Shown: piece after piece, positions 11,602 to 21,949 of the stretch
Numbering within the stretch: the first letter of the stretch is position 1
How the letters are laid out: each line of letters begins with the position of its first letter
Assembly (NCBI GenBank): GCA_965238225.1
Contig: OZ250183.1
Span: 1,216,001-1,280,000, forward strand
Length of the DNA: 64,000 bases
Origin: Gammaproteobacteria bacterium
GTDB taxonomy: Bacteria; Pseudomonadota; Gammaproteobacteria; Eutrophobiales; Eutrophobiaceae
Reading direction: 5' to 3'
Translations under genes and position numbers: made by a program
The notes under the pieces: generated by a model
What the model saw: the letters and a program-made list of their open reading frames with translations, nothing else
What the model was told of the DNA's origin: nothing
The model's database searches: none

Positions 11602-13114
11602 CTGTCGATCCTCCTTCAACTTGTTCAGCTTCTTTGAACCATGGAATTCTAGCAGTCATAATTAGCTTGCTTGCTTGCTCTGAATCCATTTCTTTAATTT
11701 CCATTAATTCATATACTGAAAGTGCAGCTAAGTCATCCATGGTAATAATACTCTGTGCTGCCAATTCGTAAGCCAATGCATCTTCCATTCCTTCCATTTG
11801 CAACATATCTTCTGCTGGATGCGCATCAATTAATTTTTCTTCGTTAACAATTGCGCGTGTTAACATAACATCGTGTGCGCGACCCCGTAATTCATTAACC
11901 AGTTCACTGTCAAACTCTTCGATATTGAGCATCTCTTCCTCTGGGACATAGGCCACTTCTTCAACACTTGAGAAACCTTCCTGTACCAATATCACAGCCA
12001 TCTCTTCATCTATATCCAATTGCTCCATAAACATTTTTTGCAGTGCCTGAGTTTCTTCTTCATTTTTCTCTTCTGCCTGCTCAACAGACACCACATTAAG
12101 CACCCACTCCGTCAATTCACTGGCGAGACGAATATTTTGCCCGCCACGGCCGATGGCCTGTGAGAGATTATCCTCCTCAACAACAATATCCATACTGCGC
12201 GCATCTTCATCTACCAAAATTGAAGAAACTTCAGCGGGTGCCATAGCATTAATCACAAACTGCGCAGGATTTTCATCCCATAGGATAATATCGACACGTT
12301 CGCCACCAAGCTCGTTAGAAACTGCCTGTACACGCGAACCGCGCATGCCAACACAAGCGCCAATAGGATCTATCCGTGGATCATTTGCCTTGACTGCTAT
12401 CTTCGCTCTTGCACCAGGGTCTCGAGCACTGTTAATGATGTTTATCATACCTTCATTGACTTCAGGAACCTCAAGTTTAAATAATTCGATCAATAATTCA
12501 GGTGTAGTACGGCTCAAAAATAATTGTGGGCCTCGAATTTCTGAACGTACTTCTTGTAAATAGGCGCGAATACGATCGCCAGGTCTTATCGCTTCTCTAG
12601 GTATCAATTCTTGATGCGAAATAAAACCTTCAGCATTATTGCCCAAGTCAAGATAGACATTACCTCTTTCTACTCGCTTCACAACACCGCCTAACATTTC
12701 GCCAACACGATCAGCAAAAGCCTTGACTACCTGAATTTTTTCAGCTTCTCTTACCTTCTGCACAATCACTTGCTTTGCTATCTGTGCTGCAATTCGACCG
12801 AATTCAATCGAATCCATAAATTTTTCAACAAATTGTCCAATTTCGATAGCAGGATTATCTGCCAAGGCATCTTTAAGTTTTATTTGCCTGCTTGGAAATT
12901 CTATTTCTTCATCATCAGCTACCACTTCCCAAAGACGGAATGTTTCATAGCTGCCTGTTTCACGATCAATCACAACGCGTGATTCAATGTCTTCACGATT
13001 ACATTTCTTGGTTGCCATTTCTAATGCTGCTTCGATAGCTTCAAAGATAATATTTTTGCTAACATTTTTCTCGCCGGAAACAACATCAACTACCATTAAA
13101 ATTTCTTTATTCAT
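11594..13114 (-). CDS. nusA: Transcription termination/antitermination factor NusA
   Basis: [45 protein letters not shown]. Confidence 0.98.
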   Translation of the reverse strand: MNKEILMVVDVVSGEKNVSKNIIFEAIEAALEMATKKCNREDIESRVVIDRETGSYETFRLWEVVADDEEIEFPSRQIKLKDALADNPAIEIGQFVEKFMDSIEFGRIAAQIAKQVIVQKVREAEKIQVVKAFADRVGEMLGGVVKRVERGNVYLDLGNNAEGFISHQELIPREAIRPGDRIRAYLQEVRSEIRGPQLFLSRTTPELLIELFKLEVPEVNEGMINIINSARDPGARAKIAVKANDPRIDPIGACVGMRGSRVQAVSNELGGERVDIILWDENPAQFVINAMAPAEVSSILVDEDARSMDIVVEEDNLSQAIGRGGQNIRLASELTEWVLNVVSVEQAEEKNEEETQALQKMFMEQLDIDEEMAVILVQEGFSSVEEVAYVPEEEMLNIEEFDSELVNELRGRAHDVMLTRAIVNEEKLIDAHPAEDMLQMEGMEDALAYELAAQSIITMDDLAALSVYELMEIKEMDSEQASKLIMTARIPWFKEAEQVEGGSTDA

Positions 13115-13171
13115 AACATAAACACTCTTAATAACATCGTTTCAGGATAAAAATTTTAATTAATTTTTTTA

Positions 13172-13627
13172 CTATATTTTTGAAACCAAACGCGCCGAGT
13201 CAATAACATCAGCAGGAATTAAATAATCAATTCCATCTTCATTAACAAGCACTGCTATTTCTTCAACTGTTTTGATTACGCCAGTAATTTTTCTACGCTG
13301 TGCAATTTTTTCACGTAATTTTATCTTTACTTTCTTGCCTAAAAATTTTTGCAGCTGCGCCAAAGTAAATAAGGGTCTATTTATTCCTGGCGATGAAACT
13401 TCAAGAAAATATTTTTCCTTAATAGGGTCCTGTAGATCCAACAATCCAACAAGCTGATGATTGACCCGCGCGCAATCTTCAACAGTGATGCCTGAATCTT
13501 TATCTATGTATACTCTCAGTATTGAGCCACCCTTCTGTCTAAAATACTCAATACCAAGCATTTCATAACCCAGCGCAGTGATCGCAGGTTCTAACAATTT
13601 AGTCAGCTCATTATGTTGTCTGTTCAC
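13172..13627 (-). CDS. rimP: Ribosome maturation factor RimP
   Basis: LRVYID, VEDCA, LEVSSPGINRPL. Confidence 0.95.
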   Translation of the reverse strand: MNRQHNELTKLLEPAITALGYEMLGIEYFRQKGGSILRVYIDKDSGITVEDCARVNHQLVGLLDLQDPIKEKYFLEVSSPGINRPLFTLAQLQKFLGKKVKIKLREKIAQRRKITGVIKTVEEIAVLVNEDGIDYLIPADVIDSARLVSKI

Positions 13628-13804
13628 TTATTCAACCAATACTCAATCAAATTAGCACTACTTAATCATTCATCGCTTTTTTGTATTCTTCAAAATGGCC
13701 GCAAAACACCTGATGGAAATTGCAGCTTGCGAGCTTAAAGAGCCTAGTCTACACCATACATGCCAGCTATAAATCTCCTTAAAAAAATAATTTCCAGCGC
13801 CTGT

Positions 13805-13828
13805 AAAAAAGGCTCCAATGGAGCCTTT
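13805..13828 (-). terminator. Rho-independent terminator/attenuator after tRNA-fMet
   Basis: Minus strand AAAGGCTCCA-T-TGGAGCC-TTTTTT. Confidence 0.7.
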
Positions 13829-13841
13829 ATTAAAAAAACTT

Positions 13842-13918
<77 letters not shown>

Positions 13919-13930
13919 CTAAGGGAGCGC

Positions 13931-13959
13931 ATACTACAACCAGCTTGAAACTTAATCAA
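13931..13959 (-). promoter_or_regulatory. Sigma70 stable-RNA-type promoter of the tRNA-fMet-rimP-nusA-infB operon
   Basis: TTGATT-N17-TAGTAT followed by GC-rich discriminator GCGCTCCC. Confidence 0.6.
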
Positions 13960-14057
13960 GGCTGTGCTTGTATCTTTAAATTAACTTCAAAATTGGACAA
14001 GATTTGTCTTATTTTCATATATCACGAGCGAATTTGATTTGTCATAATACACAAGCC

Positions 14058-15149
14058 ATGAACCAGAAGACTCAAATCGGGGGGGGAGATATATCGCCCA
14101 ATAAGGCTGATGAGGCCTATCAAAAGCATATCCTGCAGTATGTCTCCCGTACTTTTGCGCTTACTATCCCACAATTGCCAAAAGCTTTAAGGCGTATCAT
14201 CGGTAATGCCTATTTGCTTTGTCGCATCGCTGATACCATCGAAGATGATGCTAAAATCAATCCTGAACAAACTCGATATCTGACTAGCCTGTTTGTGCAG
14301 GTGGTATCTGGATATGTGCCAGCGAAAGAACTTTCTGATGTGCTATATCCTCTGCTTTCAGAACGCACAAGCAAAGAAGAGCATGATTTAATAAAAAACA
14401 TGGAATCTGTGATTCGAATTACCCACAGTTTTAACGGGAACCAGAGGAATGCGCTTGAACGTTGTGTTCGTATCATGTCTGATGGAATGGCTGATTACCA
14501 GGATATTGAAACACTTGATGGTTTGGAAAATCTGGCGGCAATGGATGAGTATTGCTATTTTGTCGCGGGCGTGGTTGGTGAAATGTTGACGGAATTATTT
14601 TGTGATTACTCGAATGAAATCAACGCCAATAAAGATAAGCTAATGGAGCTCGCTGTCTCATTTGGGCAAGGTTTACAAATGACCAATATTCTTAAGGATA
14701 TATGGGATGATAAGGTGCGAGGTGCCTGTTGGTTGCCAAGAGATATTTTTCAAAAACAAGGATTTAACCTCAGCGAACTAAATGGGTGTAATAAAAATGA
14801 AAATTTTCAACGTGGATTGGGGCAACTCATCGCTATCGCTAGAAATCACCTGCATGATGCACTAATCTATACGCTGATGATTCCTACACATGAACAAGGC
14901 ATTCGTAAATTCTGCCTATGGGCGCTGGGGATGGCTGTCCTGTCGCTGGACAAACTAAATAAACATCGTGATTTCAGTAGTGGGGCTGAAGTAAAGATTA
15001 GTAGAAAGAGTGTCAAGGCCACGGTCGCCTCAACCAGTCTCTTGGTGAGCAATAACTGGGCTCTAAAAAAGCTGTTTCATTACACCAGTCGAAATTTGCC
15101 GACGACAGGCATCCATGAGAGACTTAGCGCTCAAGACAGTGCTGAATAG
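14058..15149 (+). CDS. Squalene/phytoene synthase family protein, probably a one-step squalene synthase
   Basis: VSRTFAL, LCRIADTIEDD, YCYFVAGVVG, GLQMTNILKD; directly upstream of shc. Start placed at MNQK. Confidence 0.88.
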   Translation: MNQKTQIGGGDISPNKADEAYQKHILQYVSRTFALTIPQLPKALRRIIGNAYLLCRIADTIEDDAKINPEQTRYLTSLFVQVVSGYVPAKELSDVLYPLLSERTSKEEHDLIKNMESVIRITHSFNGNQRNALERCVRIMSDGMADYQDIETLDGLENLAAMDEYCYFVAGVVGEMLTELFCDYSNEINANKDKLMELAVSFGQGLQMTNILKDIWDDKVRGACWLPRDIFQKQGFNLSELNGCNKNENFQRGLGQLIAIARNHLHDALIYTLMIPTHEQGIRKFCLWALGMAVLSLDKLNKHRDFSSGAEVKISRKSVKATVASTSLLVSNNWALKKLFHYTSRNLPTTGIHERLSAQDSAE

Positions 15150-15254
15150 ATTGGTGGGCAGATTTAAGAGATAGACCAAAAATCAGATTAAAAGAGCTCC
15201 AGTTAAAACAAATATTAACTGATACTTAAATATATAGCAGATATTAATTTATTC

Positions 15255-17171
15255 ATGTTAGATAGAACCAGAGAAGAAAAGACGCAGCAGTCATTAAAAC
15301 AAGTCATTCAATCCGCAAAAAGTGCGTTAATTTCACAACAGCATAAAGATGGGCACTGGGTCTACCGATTAGAAGCCGATTGCACCATCCCCGCTGAATA
15401 CATCCTCATGAATCATTTCGCCGGGGAAATAAATGACGAACTGGAAGCAAGAATAGCAGTTTATATTCGTGAACATCAAACAGAAAATGGTGGCTGGTCA
15501 TTATTTTATGGAGGTAACTTTGATCTTAGCTGTTCTGTGAAAAGTTATTACGCTCTAAAAATGGTTGGCGATGATCCCTGTGATGATCATATGGCAAAAG
15601 CCAGAAATATTATTTTGCAACATGGCGGAGCGGCACATGCTAATGTTTTTACTCGCATTCTCATGGCCATGTTTGAACAGGTGCCTTGGCACGCAACCCC
15701 ATTTATTCCAACTGAAATAATCCTTTTGCCTAAATGGTTCCCTTTTCATATAAACAAGGTTTCCTATTGGTCTAGAACTGTCATGGTGCCTTTGTTCGTG
15801 CTTCGTACCTTGAAGGCTAAAGCAAAAAATCCTCGTGCAATAGATATAAGAGAATTATTTGTTGTGCCTCCAGACGAGGAACAACATTATTTTCGAATCA
15901 CTACCCCGCTAACCCGTGTATTTCTAATCCTTGATCATGTTGGCACTCTATTGGAAAAATTTGTACCAAAATTTATTAGAAACATTTCTGTGCGAAAATG
16001 TGAAAAATGGTTTACCGATAGAATGAATGAAGAGCACGGCATCGGTGGTATTTTTCCAGCTATGGTCAATGTTTATGAATCCCTCATTGTGCTAGGTCAT
16101 GATAAAAATAGCGCAATAGTTAAGCAGGCTAGAAAAGCAATAGACAATCTTTTGGTTAATGAAGAAGATAAGAGTTATTGTCAGCCTTCCATCTCTCCAG
16201 TGTGGGATACAGCACTTGTCTGTCATGCTCTGATTGAAACCCAAGAAGATGATGGTCTTGATGAAATAAAAATAAATATCAATAATGGGATACAGTGGTT
16301 AAAAACAAAACAGCTTAATGATGATCCAGGTGACTGGCGCATTTCCCGCCCTAAACTTAAAGGCGGCGGTTGGGCATTTCAATATAGCAATTATTACTAT
16401 CCAGATCTCGATGATACTGCGATGGTTGCCTGGGCAATGCATCGAACCTGCGATAAAACCTATTCAGAAGCTATAGAACAAGCTGCTCAGTGGCTTGATG
16501 GAATGAAATCAAACAACGGTGGATTTGGTTCTTTTGAAGTAAATAACACTCAGTATTACTTAAACTACATCCCATTCTCTGATCATGGTGCTTTGCTTGA
16601 TCCTCCGACGGCAGATGTCACTGGTCGCTGTATAGCCTTGCTGTCTCTTGCTGATAAAGAAAAATATAGACGAACAATTAATAATGCGATTCAATTCATA
16701 AAAAATGAACAGGAAACAGACGGTTCATGGTTTGGTCGTTGGGGAACCAATTATATATATGGAACTTGGTCTGTACTCACAGCGCTAGAAATTGCCAAAG
16801 AAGATATACAACAACCCTATATACGCCGTGCAATTGCATGGCTTAAAGAAATTCAGAACGAAGATGGCGGTTGGGGAGAAACTAACGAAAGCTATTATCC
16901 GCCAAGACATCGACGTCTCTATGCAAGCACATCATTTCAAACAGCATGGGCAATATTATCATTGCTTGCAGTTGGTGAAGCAGAATCTGAAGCAGTAAAG
17001 CTTGGAATTAACCACCTTATTGAAAATCAAAAGATGGATGGATTCTGGCATGATCCAGATTATACTGCTCCGGGCTTTCCTCGCGTTTTTTATCTCAAGT
17101 ATCATGGCTACACTAAATACTTTCCTCTCTGGGCACTTGCCAAATACAACAATCTAATCAAGCAATCTTGA
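15255..17171 (+). CDS. shc: Squalene-hopene cyclase
   Basis: YPDLDDTA (DxDD), QW repeats (QHKDGHW, QETDGSW, QNEDGGW), GFPRVFYLKY. Confidence 0.96.
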   Translation: MLDRTREEKTQQSLKQVIQSAKSALISQQHKDGHWVYRLEADCTIPAEYILMNHFAGEINDELEARIAVYIREHQTENGGWSLFYGGNFDLSCSVKSYYALKMVGDDPCDDHMAKARNIILQHGGAAHANVFTRILMAMFEQVPWHATPFIPTEIILLPKWFPFHINKVSYWSRTVMVPLFVLRTLKAKAKNPRAIDIRELFVVPPDEEQHYFRITTPLTRVFLILDHVGTLLEKFVPKFIRNISVRKCEKWFTDRMNEEHGIGGIFPAMVNVYESLIVLGHDKNSAIVKQARKAIDNLLVNEEDKSYCQPSISPVWDTALVCHALIETQEDDGLDEIKININNGIQWLKTKQLNDDPGDWRISRPKLKGGGWAFQYSNYYYPDLDDTAMVAWAMHRTCDKTYSEAIEQAAQWLDGMKSNNGGFGSFEVNNTQYYLNYIPFSDHGALLDPPTADVTGRCIALLSLADKEKYRRTINNAIQFIKNEQETDGSWFGRWGTNYIYGTWSVLTALEIAKEDIQQPYIRRAIAWLKEIQNEDGGWGETNESYYPPRHRRLYASTSFQTAWAILSLLAVGEAESEAVKLGINHLIENQKMDGFWHDPDYTAPGFPRVFYLKYHGYTKYFPLWALAKYNNLIKQS

Positions 17172-17896
17172 ACCGTATCGGTATTGTTAGTGCGTTAAGC
17201 TTGGAAAGTCGCTGTTTGACTGGTAATACAATTCCAGTAAATAAACCTGTACAGATCAATGAACATGCAGTCGCTATTGTCTCCGGAATGGGTGAAGATA
17301 ATGCTCGCATCTGTGCCAAGACTTTACTTGAACAAAATATTAGCGCACTCGTTAGTTGGGGAACGGCTGGCGCATTGGCTGGAAATATCCAATCCGGAGA
17401 TTTATTACTGGCCGACAGTGTTATTTCAAGCGATGGAAATCAATATTCATTTGATATTGAGTGGGGAAAACGCATCGCTAATGAACTCTGCAATACTTCA
17501 TTAAAAATACATCATGGCATAATCGCTCATAGCCAACACATACTGGCAATATTTGAAGACAAAAAGAAACTGTATAATAAAACTAATGCCATGGCTTGTG
17601 ATATGGAGTCTTTTGCTATTGCTAAAATTGCAAATGACATGAAACGTCCTTGTATATCAGTGCGCGCCATCGTTGATGAGGCACCACAATGCATTCCTGA
17701 AACAATAATAAAAAATATAGACATTTTTGGGCGCCCGAGTTTGATTCCTATACTTTCCAGCCTAGTTCGAAATCCAGGTCTTGTAACTGAAATAATAAAA
17801 TTAAGCTCCAGCATGAAGGCTGCAACAACAACCTTAAGTATCGTTTCCAAAAAACGGGCTTTATTCTCTGGCGCCATTGATAATAAACGTGCTTAA
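17168..17896 (+). CDS. hpnG: Hopanoid-associated nucleoside phosphorylase
   Basis: PNP/MTAN fold motifs (SWGTAGAL, CDMES, VRAIVD); overlaps the shc stop. Confidence 0.8.
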   Translation: MNRIGIVSALSLESRCLTGNTIPVNKPVQINEHAVAIVSGMGEDNARICAKTLLEQNISALVSWGTAGALAGNIQSGDLLLADSVISSDGNQYSFDIEWGKRIANELCNTSLKIHHGIIAHSQHILAIFEDKKKLYNKTNAMACDMESFAIAKIANDMKRPCISVRAIVDEAPQCIPETIIKNIDIFGRPSLIPILSSLVRNPGLVTEIIKLSSSMKAATTTLSIVSKKRALFSGAIDNKRA

Positions 17897-18227
17897 ATTA
17901 AATAAAAATCATCCTAAGTCACAATAGATTTTCGTGATGCCAATATGCAAAGACATTGTCATAAGTTATTAGTGAATATGTAGCTTGGCAAGCTGATTAA
18001 TACAAATGCTTTGCAAGAAAATACTCTGCTGGGTTATTAATGAATATGTGCGTGGTCAAACTGTACATTTTCTTCGAAGATTCTAAACACAGACATAGCT
18101 CATGATCGCTTTATCCGCTTGAAAAGCTTGAAAAAATTATATAGAGCTCAGTTAAATAAGTTACTTACTGAATACTGCTGTATAGTCTCCAGTACAACAA
18201 AAAATAAGTTAGCGATATTAATAAATC

Positions 18228-20876
18228 ATGCTTGTATTTCTACGTCAGATATTCAATCGCGCTTTGCTTGGCTGGACTAACATCCTTCAAGGTCACAAAA
18301 TATCTACCATCATACTTTTCTTTTTTATAGTTCTGGTATCGATTCAATATACCAAAAATAACCTTAGAATGAATACGAGCACAGAAGATATGCTGTCTCC
18401 TGACCTTAATTGGCGAAAGCTAGATAAGGAATTATCATTAGAATTTCCACAATCTAATAATAATATTTTGATCGTCATCGAAGCGCCTACGCCTGACGAG
18501 GCAATGGATGCTGCCGACAAACTCTATGAAACTCTAAAACAAGATACAATATTATTTAAATCTATTTTTTCTTTTCGATCTTTGCCATTTTTTAAAAAAT
18601 CTTCTTTACTTTTTCTTGAGGAAAATGAATTGCAGGATCTATCTGATCGTCTCGCAGAGATTCAGCCATTTCTCTCCAAGTTGACTGAAGATCAAAATAT
18701 ACGTGGTTTGTTTGTCATGCTTGAAAAAGCGATCCAAGAAAAATTAGATGGCGAAAAAATTCAAATCTCTCCGCTTATAAAGAAAATTAATATCTCGCTT
18801 GATGCCATTTTGAAAAATCAGCCCCACCAACTGTCATGGCATAGCTTGATGGCAGGCAAAGAACTGGATGAAAATCTTTATCGTGAATTTATTATTCTAC
18901 AGCCTGAATTGAATTATAACAATTTATTTCCGGCAGAAACTGCCATTGAAAAAATTAGAATTATTGCCAATAAACTTAATATTAATGCTGAAAATAATTT
19001 ACGCATGAGGCTAAGCGGTAGTGCTGTACTCTCTCACGAAGAATTAAAAAGCGTCATGTCAGGCACAAAACTTTCTATCATCCTTGCGCTATGTATGATC
19101 ACAGTCATTATGATTGTCGGCATGGGATCATTTTACTTGGTGCTGGCAACAATCATCACCTTAATAAGTGGACTGATAATTACCGCTGCTTGGGCAACGC
19201 TGACTGTAGGTGAGTTGAATCTTATATCAGTTGCATTTGCGGTGCTTTATATCGGTTTGGGAGTTGATTTTGCAATTCATTTTTGTTTGCGTTTTCGTGA
19301 GTATCTTTTGGGTAAAAATGATCGTGCGCTTGCTCTTTATGAAACGTCAAAAAGTTGCGGTGACTCCTTGTTTTTATGTACTATCACTACGGCAATCGGT
19401 TTCTATGCCTTTATACCAACAGATTATGATGGTATCGCAGAGCTGGGATGGATATCAGGAAGCGGCATGTTTATCAGCTTCATTATTACCATGACATTAC
19501 TACCTGCACTGCTTGGCATATTGCCGATTAAGGTGAAGCCCTCCATCTGTAGCAATACCCATTCAATCCTTACTAACCCAATAAAAAACTTGCTCGCTTT
19601 CCCATCGACCTATGCCAAAACAATAAAGTTTATTGCCATTATAATTTTTGGCATGTGTATCTGGACTGTACCAAAAGTCAAATTTGATCACAACACTTTA
19701 AATCTACAAAACCCTGAGAATGAATCTGTAAAAACTTATATGGATCTTCTGGCAGATAACAAATCTTCTCCATGGCAAGCTGAAATTCTTGCAGACAATA
19801 AACAAGAAGCAAAGGTGTTAGAATTAGAATTAGAAAAATTATCTCTAGTAGATAGTGTTACTTGGTTAAATGAATTCATTCCAGAAAATCAAGACAGTAA
19901 ATTATCTATCGTTGATGACATGACTATTATCCTCAGTGGTATAAATTTAGTTTCGTCTTTTCCTGTTCCTGATATGGAAGAGAGAATTACTGCCATTAAT
20001 AATCTTGTATTGTTAATGGACTCAAATCAGGAAAAACTCCATCAAATACCTCTTGCTCAAGATCTATTAAATAAGCTCAACATTTTTATTAAACAGCATT
20101 CACAACTAGATAATCAACATAAAAATACACTATTAATGAATCTTGAGCATAGCCTGCTTAACTCATTACCTGGCCGATTAAATTCTCTGGAAAGCTCTCT
20201 TGCAGCAGAAAAAATTGATGAGACTAATATTCCATCTGAATTAAGTAATCGTTGGATTGGGCAAAACGAAAAATATTTGCTTGAGATATTTCCGGTAGAA
20301 AATCTGCAAGACAACGAAGCATTGGAAAGATTTGTGAAACAACTACAGTCTAATTTTCCACATGTCATTGGTTCGCCTGTTATCAGCGTGGAAGGAGGGA
20401 AAGCCGTCGTATCTGCCTTCAAACAAGCTTTTATTATGGCTCTATGCGCGATCTCATTCTTATTATATATTTTGATGGATAAACGTCGGGATATACTATT
20501 AATTACAATCCCGATCTTAATGGCTGCTATATTAACTGCGACAGCCAGTCTAGTCTTTTCCATTCCTTTGAATTTTGCCAACATTATTGCTTTGCCATTG
20601 TTGCTCGGAATTGGTGTTGACAGTGGCATACATATTCTACATCGCTACAGGAATGCACCTCCAGAGGATGGGGTTATTCTTGCAACTAGTTCAGCGCGTG
20701 CTGTATTAGTTAGTTCATTCACTACGATTGTTAGTATTGGTAATCTATCTTTTTCATCACATCTTGGCACAGCCAGTATGGGAAAACTTTTAACCATCGG
20801 TATCATCATGACATTGCTCTGTACATTGATTATTCTGCCGAGTTTACTCGCGACAACAAATAATTTATCTGAGTGA
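18228..20876 (+). CDS. hpnN: Hopanoid RND/MMPL transporter
   Basis: LYIGLGVDFAIH and LLLGIGVDSGIH repeats, two transmembrane halves, hopanoid cluster context. Confidence 0.9.
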   Translation: MLVFLRQIFNRALLGWTNILQGHKISTIILFFFIVLVSIQYTKNNLRMNTSTEDMLSPDLNWRKLDKELSLEFPQSNNNILIVIEAPTPDEAMDAADKLYETLKQDTILFKSIFSFRSLPFFKKSSLLFLEENELQDLSDRLAEIQPFLSKLTEDQNIRGLFVMLEKAIQEKLDGEKIQISPLIKKINISLDAILKNQPHQLSWHSLMAGKELDENLYREFIILQPELNYNNLFPAETAIEKIRIIANKLNINAENNLRMRLSGSAVLSHEELKSVMSGTKLSIILALCMITVIMIVGMGSFYLVLATIITLISGLIITAAWATLTVGELNLISVAFAVLYIGLGVDFAIHFCLRFREYLLGKNDRALALYETSKSCGDSLFLCTITTAIGFYAFIPTDYDGIAELGWISGSGMFISFIITMTLLPALLGILPIKVKPSICSNTHSILTNPIKNLLAFPSTYAKTIKFIAIIIFGMCIWTVPKVKFDHNTLNLQNPENESVKTYMDLLADNKSSPWQAEILADNKQEAKVLELELEKLSLVDSVTWLNEFIPENQDSKLSIVDDMTIILSGINLVSSFPVPDMEERITAINNLVLLMDSNQEKLHQIPLAQDLLNKLNIFIKQHSQLDNQHKNTLLMNLEHSLLNSLPGRLNSLESSLAAEKIDETNIPSELSNRWIGQNEKYLLEIFPVENLQDNEALERFVKQLQSNFPHVIGSPVISVEGGKAVVSAFKQAFIMALCAISFLLYILMDKRRDILLITIPILMAAILTATASLVFSIPLNFANIIALPLLLGIGVDSGIHILHRYRNAPPEDGVILATSSARAVLVSSFTTIVSIGNLSFSSHLGTASMGKLLTIGIIMTLLCTLIILPSLLATTNNLSE

Positions 20877-21883
20877 AAACACTAATTACAGGCGCGAATG
20901 GCTTTATTGGCTCGTCAGTTGTGCGACATTGTCTCAATGCTGGATACGATGTCCGCGTCCTTGTCCGTCTAGGAAGTGACAGGAGAAATCTTGAAGGCTT
21001 AGCTGTGGAAATTATTGAAGGAAACCTACAAGATAAAGCATCTCTCAAGCAAGCAGTCAATGGGTGTAATGCAGTATTTCATGTTGCTGCTGATTACAGA
21101 CTCTGGGTACCTGATCCGGATGATATGTATAAAACTAACGTTACCGGTACGCGAGATTTAATGCTGGCCAGCACTGAAGCTGGTGTCGACAAGATTGTTT
21201 ACACAAGCAGTATCGCTGTACTGGGTTTGAATTCAAACGGCACACCCGCCAATGAAGATACGCCGATAATGCAAGGTGATATAATAGGGCATTATAAGAA
21301 ATCGAAATATCTGGCTGAAGAAGCAGTATCCGAGCTTGTTGATAAAAATAAATTGCCCGCCGTCATCGTCAACCCATCAACACCTGTGGGGCCTAGAGAT
21401 ATCAAGCCCACGCCCACTGGGAATATCATTCTTGAGACTCTAAATAATCGTATGCCAGCCTATGTCGATACTGGTTTGAATATTGCGCATGTTGATGACG
21501 TTGCCAAAGGGCATTTATTAGCCTTCGAAAAAGGCAAGGTAGGTGAACGCTATATTCTTGGTGGTGAGAATCTCAGTCTGCAAAATATCCTAACCATTAT
21601 ATGTGAGCTCATAGGAAAAAAACCACCGTCAATTAAATTACCTCACAATTTAATATTACCTGTCGCTTGGTGCATGGAACGATGGGCAGATCTTAGCAAG
21701 AAGAAACCTTTGGCAACAGTCGATGAAATTCGTATGGCTAAAAAAATTATGTATTTTTCTTCAGATAAAGCAATTAAGGAACTAGGCTATAAAATTACAC
21801 CTGCAAAAGAGGCCATCAAGAATGCCATTGACTGGTTTATAAAGAATGGGTATTGCACGAATAAAATTAATTTACTCAAATAG
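20873..21883 (+). CDS. hpnA: Hopanoid-associated sugar epimerase/dehydratase
   Basis: TGANGFIG, HVAADYRLW, YKKSK, GPRDIKPTPTG. Confidence 0.9.
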   Translation: MKTLITGANGFIGSSVVRHCLNAGYDVRVLVRLGSDRRNLEGLAVEIIEGNLQDKASLKQAVNGCNAVFHVAADYRLWVPDPDDMYKTNVTGTRDLMLASTEAGVDKIVYTSSIAVLGLNSNGTPANEDTPIMQGDIIGHYKKSKYLAEEAVSELVDKNKLPAVIVNPSTPVGPRDIKPTPTGNIILETLNNRMPAYVDTGLNIAHVDDVAKGHLLAFEKGKVGERYILGGENLSLQNILTIICELIGKKPPSIKLPHNLILPVAWCMERWADLSKKKPLATVDEIRMAKKIMYFSSDKAIKELGYKITPAKEAIKNAIDWFIKNGYCTNKINLLK

Positions 21884-21949
21884 GCTTAATTCACAACAAG
21901 CTATAATATTATTTCTAATGGTGCAAAAATCATATTAAAGAGATTAACA

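Noticed and set aside
9881-12982. Many overlapping opposite-strand ORFs in infB/nusA (and in lon, clpX, the ABC and mrp genes)
   Set aside because: Antisense or alternate-frame by-products of conserved genes, with no recognisable motifs.
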